Shown here in pieces: positions 1 to 12,855 of a stretch of 64,000 bases of DNA. The notes below the pieces were generated by a model, which was given only the letters and a program-made list of their open reading frames with translations, was not told the DNA's origin and searched no databases. The stretch comes from Spizellomyces punctatus DAOM BR117. Lineage: Eukaryota. The DNA lies in assembly GCA_000182565.2 (NCBI GenBank), contig KQ257455.1. The stretch is one strand, 5' to 3'. Position 1 is the first letter of the stretch. Each line of letters starts with the position of its first letter. Both the position numbers and the translations under genes were made by a program.

Positions 1-464
1 GCAGTTCGTATCCGCAGCTCCAGAAATCCTTCCACCCATTCTTAGAGTCATGCACGACCCAGCAAAAGAACTTCGGGCCAGCGCACTCTCTCTTTTAGCA
101 TGTGTTGCGGAGACAGCTCCGTTGGCTCTGCTACCTGTGCTATATCAGGTGATGGACTATGTGCGGAACCTGCTGGTTTTCGAGAAAGACGTGGAACCGA
201 GAAGAGGTGTGTTGAACCGCGTGTGGTACCCTTGCCGGACTTGGCTTAACATTTTTGCTCGCCCAAGGTGCCATTGTAACCCTCCTGTCACTCATCCGGG
301 GGCTGGGCGAGAACATTTTAGCCACGTTACCGCCCGACCTAGTGAAGGAGATTAGCAAACAGCTCAGGATCACAGAGTCGACTGACGCAGACGAGCTAAC
401 AAGAGTTCATGCTCGGACTGCGCTGAATGATATAAGAGAGATTGTTAGGGGTGTGACTGGGTGA
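1..464 (+). CDS. 3' end of an ARM/HEAT-repeat protein, RTP1/TANGO6-like (partial, one intron ~208-267)
   Basis: Two joined ORFs give ...ELRASALSLLACVAE...VEPRRG|AIVTLLSLIRGLG...DADELTRVHARTAL; the C-terminal D-x-D-x-L-x-R-x-H-A pattern resembles RTP1/TANGO6 C-termini (recalled). Confidence 0.55.
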
Positions 465-725
465 TTCGCTTCGGGTAGCATCCTGATTATGGATGACTGA
501 CGTTTAATCGCATTCCGACGTTATGTGCTCGTCAACATCATGTAATTGAATTCTTCACAACCTACACATTTGGAGCCTTAACCAATCGGTCATTTTCTCA
601 AACTATGGTACAGTAGAAACAAGCATATCTATAACTGATCTATCAACTCTATAACTGTAACAACAACTCCTCCTCGCACCGAGGACAGGCATAATAGGTT
701 CAATTTTGCAAACTATGGAAAACTT

Positions 726-2900
726 TTAAACCGCACTAAATTTTGCCACAAACGCCATAGGAATCCACCCAACCTCGGGTTTAATTTCGGGTGGTGAGTC
801 TGCTTGCGGCTGCTGCTGCTGCGGGGGTCCGCGGCGGAATCTGTCCGCAAAGCCTCTGGAGGATGATGGGCTTTCGACAGAGGGACTCATAGGCTTGTCA
901 GTCCCGTCCTTTTTTTTACGCTGCAATTTTGTGCCATATATCCAGGTTCCTTGGCGTTTGCGGACTTCGATGACGTCGCCCTAAAAGCAACACAATTGAG
1001 AATTGATGTGACCCACCAGAAACCTCGAGTCACGGATACCTTTGTTAAAGACATTTCCTTTGCGCTTCTCGCCGTAAAATCATGAATTGCATACACAAGA
1101 TCTGCCGCCTTCGTTGATGACATGACTCCTACTAAACTTTCGCTCGCTCCAACCACACTCCCCATTTGGCTTTCTGCATCTCCATCCCCACCCGCCACAT
1201 ATACGGCTGGAGTACGAAGATTTCCCCCGTGACGACTCACTGGCACAGATGCAATTTGTGTGTTCTCGGCGGCGAAGATATCGGGATACAATGACGACAA
1301 GGTAGAGGTGAGATTCTGTGAAGTTGTTGGCTCTATGACCGAGGATCGGACCGTGGCGATAGGTTTAGAGGTAGGAAATGCTACACGACGCTTTTCTCTT
1401 TCGATTGTGCTGCTGCTGTTGTTGGATTTAATGATAGGCCTTGGCGGGAACTGTGATGAAGGAGTAGTAACTGTTGGCGATTGCTCCTTCGGGGATGGTG
1501 CGTCATTTTCATTTCCAAGTCGTGAAAATGCGGGGAGAGAAAGCTGTGGTGCACTGGAATTCGACGCGGCTTCCTCAGCCGCCGTGCCCGACGATGCAGG
1601 TTCCGTAGTATCATTTGCTGTAAGTGATGAATCCTGACGCTCAGGAGCTCCTATCGTTGCAGCTGCTACCGCCCCCGCCAGTTGTGCAACTGCCCGCCCA
1701 AAACTGGCCGATTTCATAGCTTCTTCATGATGTCTCTGGTCGGGGCCAATATTGCTATCTAAGGATCCACGCCGTGACACGCGACGAGATGGTCCATCCG
1801 AAGTTTTAATTGAGTTGTTGCGTTTGCTCGCGCTGAACACTGTCTCCGTCAATATAGCATTGGCGTCAGATTTCTGGTCTTCCGACAGCTCATCAGCACA
1901 TCCTGCTGCACCGGCGACGCACTGCCCAAAGAGGATCGCGAGACTACGTAGCAATGTACTCCACTGTGCCTCCATGCTGCGTATGTTTCGTGCTTCTTCT
2001 CCGAGAATCACATTTTGGTTCACATATTTGAGATCTTGCAGCTCAGCGGTGTACTGGGCGAGATTTCTGACGGCTTGTTGAATTTGTTCAGGGTTGCGAT
2101 TCCGTCGTTTTCGGGTGTCAGTTTCTGCCTTTTTGATTTTGTCCTGAATTTCTTTTCCCATATATGCCAATCGCTTTTCGTTTGCCTTTTCGGATATACC
2201 AATGAGTATTGATCAGCTCCTACATGTCAGCACAAACAACATGCACGAGACTTACCACAACTGTGTTGGCATGTTCTTCAATGCCCTTTTGCAGAGGGTC
2301 TTCCAGCTCTCTTTGAACACGATCACCCAGCTCTCTTATTCGTTTGGACATTGTCAAATGAAGTTCGCCACAGCGCTTTAAGCCATCTATCATGCAGAAG
2401 AAGGGGAATTGGTCCGGCTGCCAAGCCCAAAAGTTTGGCATCAACTACGGATTTTACCTGGTTTTACACCGCCTCGTATTCTCTCTGCCTGTTTGACCGC
2501 TCGGCATCTGCTCAAGTCAATGACAGACTCTGACATATCCTGCATAACGCCGGCCAAAGTCCACAAGGCCATTTTGTATTTGCCAGCAACCTTTAGCACA
2601 GACTGAGATCTCGCAATAACATCCTTAATATCCTGGCGGGATATAGAGTCATTGGGTTGGCCGAGCATATTGCTATAGTCGTAAACGGAGGAAGTCGAGG
2701 AAGAGAGGGACGACGAAGACGGAAACTTTGATAGCTCGGGTCTTTTGGGAGACTCTGGATGGAGCGTCCCCCGAGACCCAAACAAATTGAACTGTGGACG
2801 TGGAATGGTGCTTGATTTGTTGGGGCTTTCAACACGTATCTTCACCTCAAACCTATGGGACTTGGCTGCGAAATGACGACCTCTTGGATGATGCCAACAT
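726..2900 (-). CDS. Helical BAR/IMD-like N-terminus, Ser-rich linker and C-terminal SH3 domain
   Basis: SH3 motifs VYAIHDFTARSAKEMSLTK|GDVIEV...WIYG...VGWIPMAFV across an intron; amphipathic coiled segments in ORFs 2441-3016 and 887-2170. Start uncertain. Confidence 0.7.
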
Positions 2901-3198
2901 GCCCTTGTAAAAAACTGAAACTTTGGCTGACGAAAGTGGGCTGGTTTGGGCTGACGGACCGCGCCGTGATTGATCACGTGTATTAGATTCCATCCATTCT
3001 CATATTTGGTTAACATTTGAAACCTGTGCTGTTACACAAAGCTACTAAGCCCCTACGAGTGGGGTCGGTTGTGGGGACAACAAATTTTCCAGGGTAATTA
3101 ATCACGTGAACTATCCACGTGGTTCGGGATTTGTCATGCATCGGATCTCACTTTGATCACTGTGGAAGAACTTGGACCTTGTTCGCAAAGGGCACGGA

Positions 3199-4995
3199 AT
3201 GAACACGACGGAAAGGGCAGCTACTGAAGAAACGTCCACTGAGGGACGGGGGGACGTAGAGTCAGTAACACCCACGCAACCGGCAGCAAATGAGAACACC
3301 CCCCTGCTCTCCGGTGGCAGCAATGCGGTTGCTGATGGCGAAAGACCTCCGGTTGCAAAACCTGCACGCCTCTTGTACTTGGACCACATCCGTGGTCTGC
3401 TCATGATCTTGCAGTCGATTGATCGTAAGTTAAAACAGATGGTCATGTTTGTTCTTTCCAGTGAGGAGCTGACAAGGGCATTGGTAGACTCTCGGCTTTT
3501 CTTGTCGCGCATCGACATTAAACACGAAGAATGGTGGGAGATGCCGGACTACCATGGATCTTTGTATCACTGGTTTGTGCGCTTCCTGACGGCCATCTGT
3601 GCACCAGGTATGTGTACCTGGTCGTCCAACGTCAAAGTTGATAAGCATTGATGGATTGACATGCGCACAGGGTTCATGATGACCATGGGATCCAGCATCT
3701 TGCTATTCACAATGAGTCGCTATAAACTGGGTTGGCATTGGTCTGCCATCTTGAAACACTTTCTCACACGCGCGATTGTATTGATCATTGTGAACTCGAT
3801 TATGTATCCTTGTAAGTGACCAGTACACTGGTACGAACAAAGGGATGTTATTCTCATCTGTCGCTGCATTTCAATAGCGTGGATGCTGGTAACGACTGTG
3901 CTATTTGCCCTGGGATTCGACATGTTCCTTGGCTCTTGTGTTGTCGCATTCGAGTCTTTGACCTCAGAACGTCTTGCATCCTATTTATCGCGGACGCGCC
4001 CAGCACAAGACGCGTATAAGATGGCGGTCTCCGTATCGATCGCTGCCTACGGGATTTCTGCAGCTGCTATCACGTCACTCGCTAGCTTTTATACGCCCAG
4101 CGTCGAACACGCGAACGACGAAACTAACTGGCTTTGGCGACTCTTGTTCTTGCCGCACCTGCCACCAAAGGATGGATGGCTATATAGTATGTACCCACCA
4201 ATCCCTTGGTTTGGTATGGTATTATGGGGAATTGCCCTGCAACGTGCCGTATCCGTTTTCAAGCTGAAGCCAAGAGACGTGGGAATCGTGAACGCGGTAT
4301 TTGTCGCTGTGCACTATGGCTTTATTTCATTGCAGGTGCACTAAATGTCAAATGAACTTTGTAGGCATTGGCTGTGGTTATGTGGATCATTTTTATTCCG
4401 ATTCGTTTGAATGAAGGATATGGAAATATCAATCCGGGGGAATTGCATCCTTCGCCGCGCCATTCATTTATCAATTTCTTTAACCTTACCAAGTAAGGAA
4501 TTTTGTCATTGTTTTTCACAGCATTTGGACTTGAGCTGAGCTGTAATTCTTAGGTACCCACCATCGGTTGCATACACAACTTGCACGCTCGGCATCGTGC
4601 ATGCCCTATGTGCATTATTTATTCTCGCGGAAATTAGATTAAAGGATACTATATGGGCTTCAGATCGTAATCCCCTCGTCGTTTTCGGTCGATCTGCCTT
4701 CTTCTTCTGTAAGTTCATATTTAAAGGGTCTATCATAATGCAATGTTTTAAATCCCATTTTTTTGTATCGTTAGACGTACTACACTTTTATGTATACCGG
4801 GGCTTCCGCCAGGTGCTTTCTCTTGTCGGCGTCATATCTGGCGGATCGGAGTGGCAAGACCAAGAGTATAATCTCCCAGATCCTTGGTATTGGTTGAGCT
4901 GGGTGGTCGGCCTTGTCGTTCTTTATTTTGCCTGCGAGAGATATGGCAGATTCAAGGCGGGCACCTCACCCGATTCTCTATGGAGATTGTTCTAA
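3199..4995 (+). CDS. Multi-pass membrane protein, DUF1624 / HGSNAT-like acyltransferase family
   Basis: Motifs RLLYLDHIRGLLMILQSID, RFLTAICAPG, YPPIPWFGMVLWG, KYPPS, FGRSAFFF over spliced exons. Confidence 0.75.
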
Positions 4996-5232
4996 AAATA
5001 ATGAATATAATAAAATATTATATTGGGGTTTACGTTCGTTGCTTTCGACAAAATGTTGAGTTTGGAACGTCGTTGAGTTTGCACGTGGTAGAGCGTGTTG
5101 AATTTCAAAAATAAAAACGCGCGTTGAGAGCTTCCGATATATCGTAAAAAGCGGGCAACCGCAATTTGGTGTTTTCCTCGCCAGCAAACGATTCCCAGCG
5201 GTGTCGCTACTTTCATAACGCTGCATACCAGC

Positions 5233-6583
5233 ATGACGTCCCAAAACACAGCGGTGACGGCAATAACGTCCTACTGCCTGTCATCCATATTAATGACCTT
5301 GACCAACAAACTGGTCCTCTCAAGCTACGATTTCAAGCTCAACTTTCTTCTCCTAGCAATTCAGTCGGTTATATGTGTTATCACATTGGAGATATTTGGG
5401 GGGTTGGGTCTGGTGAGCAGGAGGAGGTTTTCATGGGATGACGGCAAAAAATGTAGGTGGTCTGCCATGGTGGTGTACTTTGATAACGGTCTTCTGAGGA
5501 ACCAAAAACCATTCTAAAACCAAACACTCTTCATCACAGGGTTCATCGTCTCTGCCTCTCTTGTAGCCATGATTTACACCGGATCCAAAGCCTTACAGCA
5601 CTTATCCATCCCTCTTTTCACCATTTTCAAAAACCTTACTATTATCCTCATTGCGTACTCGGAACGCACGCTGCTAAAGGGACCACCCGTCACCCGTCTG
5701 ATGCTCGTCGCTTTCCTCATGATGGTCGTATCATCTATCATTGCAGGGTGGGCGGATTTATCCACTGGAAAGGTCTTGAAACCTACAGACAGTGACTCGG
5801 ACATGGAATGGATTGTTGCGTACGGGTGGATGTTGTCTAATTGTTTGACGACGGCGGGTTTTGCGTTGTTGATGAAGAGTAAGATTCGGGAAGTGGGATT
5901 CAAGGAGTTTGATACTGTGTTTTACAACAGTAGGTGTCTGCTATTCCTTTTATGTGTTTGCTGTCAAGTCTGTTAAGCATGAAATCCATCGCAGATCTTC
6001 TCTCGATACCTATTCTTGTTGTTGCATGCCTTCTTCTGGAAGGCGGCGAAGCCCAAAAGTTTTATGAAAAGTACTCTGACCCTGAACGACCTTCTGGGGA
6101 GGTGTATGGCCTTGCCATTGGGATCCTCATGAGCGGAGTAAGCAGTTTTGGAATCAGTTACAGCACCGCCTGGTGCATGCGTGTTACCTCTTCGACAACA
6201 TATAGGTATGTGGGAGGTTGTCTACTAGCAATACTGGTCGTCATACGGGACAGCTCATGATTGTACTCCATAAATTGCACAGTATGGTGGGTGCTTTGAA
6301 TAAGCTCCCCATAGCGGTCGCTGGAATGATATTTTTCAATGACCCAGTCACATTCGGTGGTGTGGCTGGTGTATTGATCGGTTTGTGCCCAGTTCCTCTT
6401 GTATTATGGACATGAGCCCTCTCTCATATGGCATTCTCTTTAGCTTTCTTTGCTGGAATCGTATATAGCCATGCAAAGAGCGTGCAACCCACGGCGGGAG
6501 TGAAACCAGCATCAGATTTACCACTCCCTGTCAACATCAAAGCGGACAGAGATAGAGGACTCTATAAGCTTGCAAATGCTTGA
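5233..6583 (+). CDS. VRG4: Golgi GDP-mannose transporter
   Basis: [58 protein letters not shown] signature. Confidence 0.95.
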
Positions 6584-6743
6584 ATCACTAGTGCAGTCAC
6601 ACATGCACACTCTACTGTATATTCTAATAAATTATTGCCGTGATCAAATGAGGTTCCGACCCGAAAATATGCAATCATGTTTTATGAAAATCCACATACG
6701 GCGATACAAGTAAAAGAAACAATCCCATAAAATATATGACCCT

Positions 6744-9700
6744 CTACAACTTTGCCTTGCCAGAGGCGAGCTTCAAGACCGCATCAATCTTGCTATTAAT
6801 TTTGCAAGAGCAATGGTGAGACAATCGGAAACATTCATAAACGCATAGAGAGACAACTTACGTCGCAAGTCCCATGTTGCCCTTTATCTTGATGCGGCCC
6901 GCCATGAATGCCTTCTGGGGTTTGAGCTTGCCCGCAGCAAGCTCAAGGAAGTCCTTGTCGCCCACAAGGACAGTCATGTCAGCCTTGCCTGGTGGACTAC
7001 CTGCGCCGATAGCACCCTCGCCATTCTATGTTTGAAAGGGAAAGGTCAGCGGCTGTCTTTCGCAAAGCCCAAATAACAATCACCGAATTACCTTGAGATC
7101 CACAAACCATGTCTGCTTCTTTCCTTCGGCGTTTGTGATTTCGAACGCAAAGATCGACTTGATCTGATGGAGACGAGACGTTAGAAAATAAACCCAAGAT
7201 TAGCCCTAAAGAAAAGGACCGGTACCTTCTTGACTTGCGCGGCCTTAGCAGCGGGAGAGGCGGCTTTCAAGCCAGTCTCAATCTGCTCAAACACCTTGGA
7301 TGATGCAAAGCCAGGAACTGCCACACCGCCGGCAGGTGACGCGGACTCGGTCGTGACAGGTGCCGCTTCACGCTTGGCCTCAGCGGCCGCCGCGGGTGTA
7401 ACATCACCTGCAACGTTGTCAAAGTTTGCTTGCACAGCGGCGAACGACTCTTGCGTGTTTGTGGGGTAGGTGGCCCGGCCATCGTCGAAGTTGGTGATTT
7501 CGGCCCATTTGGCGGCGATGTGTTCGGGAAGGAGAGGTTTGTTCACGGGGAAACCAACGCCACCAGTTCGTTGCCAGCGAACCTTTGCGACCCATGCAGA
7601 GCCGACTTCAAAGACACCACCAGTCTCGGTGTTGCTTTCGTGACCAAGGTAGGCAACCAAAGGAGAAACGTATTCGGGCTTGAGAGCCTCCACCATTTCT
7701 GGAGGCATGACCGTGGCGGTCATACGCGTACCAGCATTGGGGGCAATGGTGTTAACAACAATGTTGGAGCGCGCACCTTCCAAGGCCAAAGTGTTGCTGA
7801 AGGCGACAGTACCCGCCTTGGCTGTGTACATACGGCGAGGTTACCACCAATGCTTGCTGAAGAGACACGGAGTATTTGTTCACTTACCAGCACTGTAGTT
7901 TGCTTGACCAAAGTTTCCGTAGAGACCCACAGCCGAAGTAGTGTTGATGATTCTACCATACTTTTGCTTAACCATATGAGGCCAGGCTGCCTTAGCTACC
8001 TTGTAGGTACCACGAAGGTGGACGCGCTGCACGAGGTCCCTATAGGGTGAAGTAGTATCCAACATCAGCGCCATGTCCATAGGCACCAATTGTCTGACGA
8101 TTGATCCTCACCAGTCGTTGTCAGTCATACGAGCGAAGGATTTGTCACGAAGGATACCAGCGTTGTTGACAATGATATCAACGCGTCCAAACGCTTGGAT
8201 GGCGGTATCAACGACCTTCTCACCATCCTCAACTGAGTCGTAGTTTGCAACCGCCTTGCCTCCCGCAGCACGGATCTCGTCAACAACCTTGTCAGCAGCA
8301 GATTGCTCAACACCCTCACCCTTGGTGGATCCACCAAGATCATTAACGACAACGGAAGCACCGAGCTGAATTTCAAAGATTAGATAGGGTGTCGCATTTC
8401 TTAACAGTAGACATGAGTACCTTGGCGAACAACAATGCGTGGGCGCGGCCAAGACCGTTTCCAGCACCCGTCACAATAGCGACCTTGCCGTCGAAGCGGA
8501 GCTCCGAGGGGTTGGGGTTACCACTGAGTCCCTTAGCTTGTTCCAAAAGCCCAACCCAGTCAGTGTCCATGATGGAGGTGGGGTATTGTGGGTTGTTGAA
8601 ACTCGTGATCTCTCCCCATTTTGCGGCAACGGACGAAGGAGTGAAGGAGGAGTCGGCCTTGAAGACGGCTCCAGGGGACCGCTCCCATCGGAGCTTGGAA
8701 ACGAACCCGGCACCAACCTCGAAGATCGAGCCAGTCTCCTCGGTAGACTCATGGCACAAGTAAGCCACCAGAGGTACGACAAATTCAGGCTTGAGGGCAG
8801 CAAGGATCTCGGGAGGCATGACAGTTTCCGTCATTCTCGACGCTGCAAGAGGTGCAATAGTGTTCACTCGAATGTTCTTCTTTTCGCCCTCCCGCGCCAA
8901 TGTGTTGGAGAATCCAAAAAGCGCCAATTTCGCTACATCCCAGCTGGTTAGTGGCATCCTAAACGACGATATGACAACACACTTGCATACCCGCAGCGTA
9001 GTTAGCTTGACCAAAGTTACCGTAAATACCGGCAGCGGAAGCTGTGTTGATGATCCTAAAAAACGATCAGTCTCCTGTTGTTGTCCACGCAACGTCATGA
9101 ACATACCGGCCAAAACCTTGCTTCTGCATGTGGGGCCATGCAGCCTTAGCGACTTTGTATGATCCACGCACGTGAACACGGTGGACAAGATCCCAGTCTG
9201 CATCCGTCATACGAGCAAAGGATTTGTCACGCAAGATACTTGAGACGCATCTTTTAGTCGATCTCGAGTCCACGTACGTAACGGGCCGAAATACTTACCC
9301 AGCATTGTTTATGACGATATCAACACGTCCAAAAGCATTCAATGCCGTTTCCACAATCTTGTCACCATCCTCAACAGAGTCGTAGTTGCCGACTGCCTTC
9401 CCACCGGCAGCTTTAATTTCGTTCACAACAACGTCGGCGGCCTAAAGACGTAACTTTAGCACACTAATCTTTGTTGTTTTCTAAATGTTTCAGGCACCAA
9501 CCTTGTGGTCGCCACCCTCATCTCCAGTTCGGCTTGAGCCAAGATCGTTCACAACAACCGAGGCACCTACATCAAGGTTAGATCAGACAAGTGGCACTAC
9601 AAGGATGATAGAAACACTGGGGTACAAACCTCGGGACGCAAAAAACGTCGCGTAAGCCTATATGTGAGGGAAATCTACGTGAGCATGCCACACAAAGTCA

Positions 9701-9848
9701 ATTATGGCATTTGTGAAAAAATGACCTTGCCAAGACCTGGAAAAGACCTGTGAACATGGCTTAAATGCAGACGCACGAGACAACTTTACACACCTCCTCC
9801 AGCACCGGTGACAATAACAACACGGTCGTCGAAGCGTAGTTCAGACAT
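6744..9848 (-). CDS. FOX2: Peroxisomal multifunctional beta-oxidation protein FOX2/MFE-2-like: two SDR domains plus SCP2, PTS1 (AKL)
   Basis: [19 protein letters not shown] and [18 protein letters not shown], two NNAGILRD and GNFGQANYS motifs, C-terminal [19 protein letters not shown]...GKAKL*. Confidence 0.9.
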
Positions 9849-10056
9849 GATGGGAAAAGCAAGTGATGAGATTTGGCGGATGAGACCAGTAAATGTCTTG
9901 TCCTTTTGATCACAGTTCAACCTACGTTCGGATCAGAACGGGATTTCTGGGGACGCCGCGTGATCCATAAAATGGGTTGATTTGAAAAGCCGGTTAGATC
10001 CACAAATTCCCACGTGAAAACATGTCGCGTGACCAAATAGCCGAATGAAAGATTTA

Positions 10057-10779
10057 GTGTGTAGGTGATTGAAAATGGCACTAGGACCCAGCATTATCCG
10101 GATTAATCCGGTTAATCATATCACCTAATCAGAACCCCCATCTATCACTCAGATTGGTGTGGCATGTAGCGGTGTGGCATGTATTGTAATGTTTTTTGTT
10201 TATTTTTAAACTGTGGTGAGGCGCATGCTGAAGGTCTATAAAAGGGGACCTGCTCCCTCTTCCGTCTTGTTTCTTTATCCCTCGACTCTCAAAGCATCTG
10301 CCAACGCTCAACTCTCAAGTCCATCATGAGAATCCTGCTCTGGTGCCGACGACCTCGTCCGCCTGACAAATACAACATAACCCCTTGCAAATGCTGCTAC
10401 TACTATATTGCTACGATCGCAGGTATGCATTATCTTTGTATTTTCCCACGCGTATTATCCAGTCTCATTATTCTGATTTTACTAGTATCTGAACATCCTC
10501 TGACTAAAGAATTTCGGAATCAAGGGCTTAGTAGGATTTCTCTCGTGATGTGGGCTTAGTTACCCGGTTAGAACCAACCGTAATGCCTTGCATGTGTAAT
10601 TGGGCCTAGTTGTAGTTGGTTGCACGTACCCCAGTTCAACCCAGGCTGGAACCTGTAGCGAGTTAGGATAGGGGTGGGTTATGAAGGGTTGGACAGGCTG
10701 GCTAATTGTAAATTAGAACCGGCTGTAGTGGGTTGGAGGGAGAATTTGTCTCTAGTGACATTTTCTACCACCTGCACAC
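10057..10779 (+). mobile_element. Non-autonomous TIR element (copy A), TA-flanked; relative of the Fanzor ghost-like element at 43660-44409
   Basis: Left GTGTGTAGGTGATTGAAAATGGCACTAG vs reverse complement of right GTGTGCAGGTGGTAGAAAATGTCACTAG (24/28); TA at 10055-56 and 10780-81; colinear similarity to the reverse complement of 43660-44409. Confidence 0.9.
10237..10243 (+). promoter_or_regulatory. TATA box inside element copy A
   Basis: GGTCTATAAAAGGGG, conserved in copy B, followed by a pyrimidine-rich tract. Confidence 0.55.
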
Positions 10780-10851
10780 TAAGATGTATGGCTTTTGCAA
10801 AAAAGATATCTACAAGGCAAATGGGCTCATGCAAACGTATCTACAAGATGC

Positions 10852-11742
10852 CTACTCTACCATCAATTTTCCAGCAACAGGTCTAATCACAACAGCATCC
10901 TTTTCACCAACAAAGGCCGCCAAGTCCGCCAGCCATCGCTCGGCTTCCCCCCCAAATCCCATCAGAGCCATGAGGAGACGCAGCGAGGGACTACCGATTT
11001 TGATTTGCTGGGTGAGATACACGACGCATCCAGACGATGAGGAAGGTGCAGGGGATGTGATCTCGATCGTCCATGTTGATGTGATGGAGCTCAGATAGAC
11101 CGAGATAGGCCATCGCGCATCACTTGGTAGAGGTTGATGCGAGCGGACTTGCAGCGAGTTCTTTTCCTGATTATTTTTTTAATTGCGGTAAGTGAGCTTG
11201 ACAGCTTGAGCAAAATCAGGAATCAAAGATGGCCACACCTCCTCGATGACTGTTGTCAGTGTTTTCCTTCCCCATTTGCCCACCTCTATCCATCTTGACA
11301 ATGCATTCCTTTCCATGATCTCTCCATCTGGCCTGCCCGCTTCATCTTCCTCCAAAGGTTCTGAAGCTCCAATAATATCTCGCCGCCACTTTGAGTACTT
11401 TGCCCAGTCAGTGAGACAATTCCACACTACCGCAGGAGGTTGACTTGTCAGCTTTGTGGCCCGCACAACCACAAACTCATCCTTCATAATTCTCCCAGCT
11501 GCATAAAAGAACAGGACAACATCGACCGCAAGGATAACCAACAGGGTGGGAACCAGCCAATACAAATGGCGTGTGGCAAACGCGGCTGCTAAGAGAATCA
11601 AAGAGGTGGATGGGTCTTCCAACGTGTCCTCCCCAAACAACTCATCGTCCTCGTCATCATCTCCTCCGACCGAACACTGTACCGTCGTCGCAAAAACCAA
11701 CCCACAAACCAAAATCCCCAGGTAGCGAGCTGAAATGCTCAT
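10852..11742 (-). CDS. Signal/TM-anchored protein with SRPBCC (START/polyketide cyclase-like) domain
   Basis: N-terminal hydrophobic segments, then PPAVVWNCLTDWAKYSKWR and second exon TWTIEIT...GCVVYLTQ...WLADLAAF. Confidence 0.6.
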
Positions 11743-11885
11743 GTTTAGGTGGTGGATGTAAACTGTGAGCTCAAAAAGATCGAAGATTCTAAAAACGTGA
11801 CCGCTGACTTCACCAGATGACACAATCGGACCTTTTGACTCTGGCCATGTTCCATCAACCTCTCGGCATTCCCTGGCAAATAAAC

Positions 11886-12855
11886 ATGGGCAGCACAACA
11901 ATAAATCCAGACGATATCAAACTGATCGTTTCAGACGTTGACGGGACGCTTTTGGACTCGCACCACCGTCTCCATCCTCGTACACGATCGGCCATTCTTC
12001 ACCTTCGAAAGACACGGCCAGACCTCCCTTTCATTATCGCAACGGGTAAACCGTACGCAGCACTCGCAGAAGTACGAGAAGAACTGGACCTATCACATTT
12101 CCCTTGTATTCACCTAAATGGCTGTATGGTTTATGGTCCCGGGGGCTCTGTCATGCGACAAGACGCACTAGATCCCACCGTTGTTCTTCAGATAGTAGAC
12201 ATCTTACGCCCTATGAACAAGTCTACTTATCTTTATGTGCAAGATGAAGTGTTTGAGGTAATTAAGGATCCTGCGGGAAGGAACGGAAGGGCTTGGATCG
12301 ATGTGCTTCGAGGATTTGGAGAGGATGTGAAGCCTGCGCCTGATGGGATCTTGGATCATGTTCGGGAAGGGCAGGTCAAGGTGCAAAAGGTGGTTGTACT
12401 TGCGGATGAGAAATATATTCCAGGTAGGCCCTACCGTCTGACACGAATGTACTCTTCTGTTCAATGTCCTTACTGACACGTACTTTGGAAAATCTGGAGA
12501 TATCCGCAAAAAACTTTCTGCATTTCCACCTGATGCCTGCTCACAGACCAGCGCCCTCTCCTACGCCATTGAACTGATTTGCAGTACATCGTCAAAAGAG
12601 TTGGCCTTACAAACATTGATAGATTCGTTAGATGTCACCCCTCAGAACGTTCTGGCGTTTGGCGATGGTGAAAACGATGCTGGTATGTTAGCTTTGGCAG
12701 GACATGGAGTAGCTATGGCCAATGCTATGGACATGGCGAAAAAGAGAGCCAGATACACAACTGGAACCCATGATGACGGTGGAGTAGGAATGTTTCTAGA
12801 GGAGGTCTTTAACATAGAACCTGTAACTAATTCCCGTAACCCGACGATTAACTAA
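11886..12855 (+). CDS. Cof-type HAD superfamily hydrolase (subfamily IIB)
   Basis: LIVSDVDGTLL, IIATGK, LNGC, AFGDGENDAGML, AMANA motifs. Confidence 0.92.

Noticed and set aside
10047-10056. hAT, LTR or Harbinger-type target-site duplication for the TIR elements
   Set aside because: No longer direct repeat is consistent across both copies; only TA is shared.
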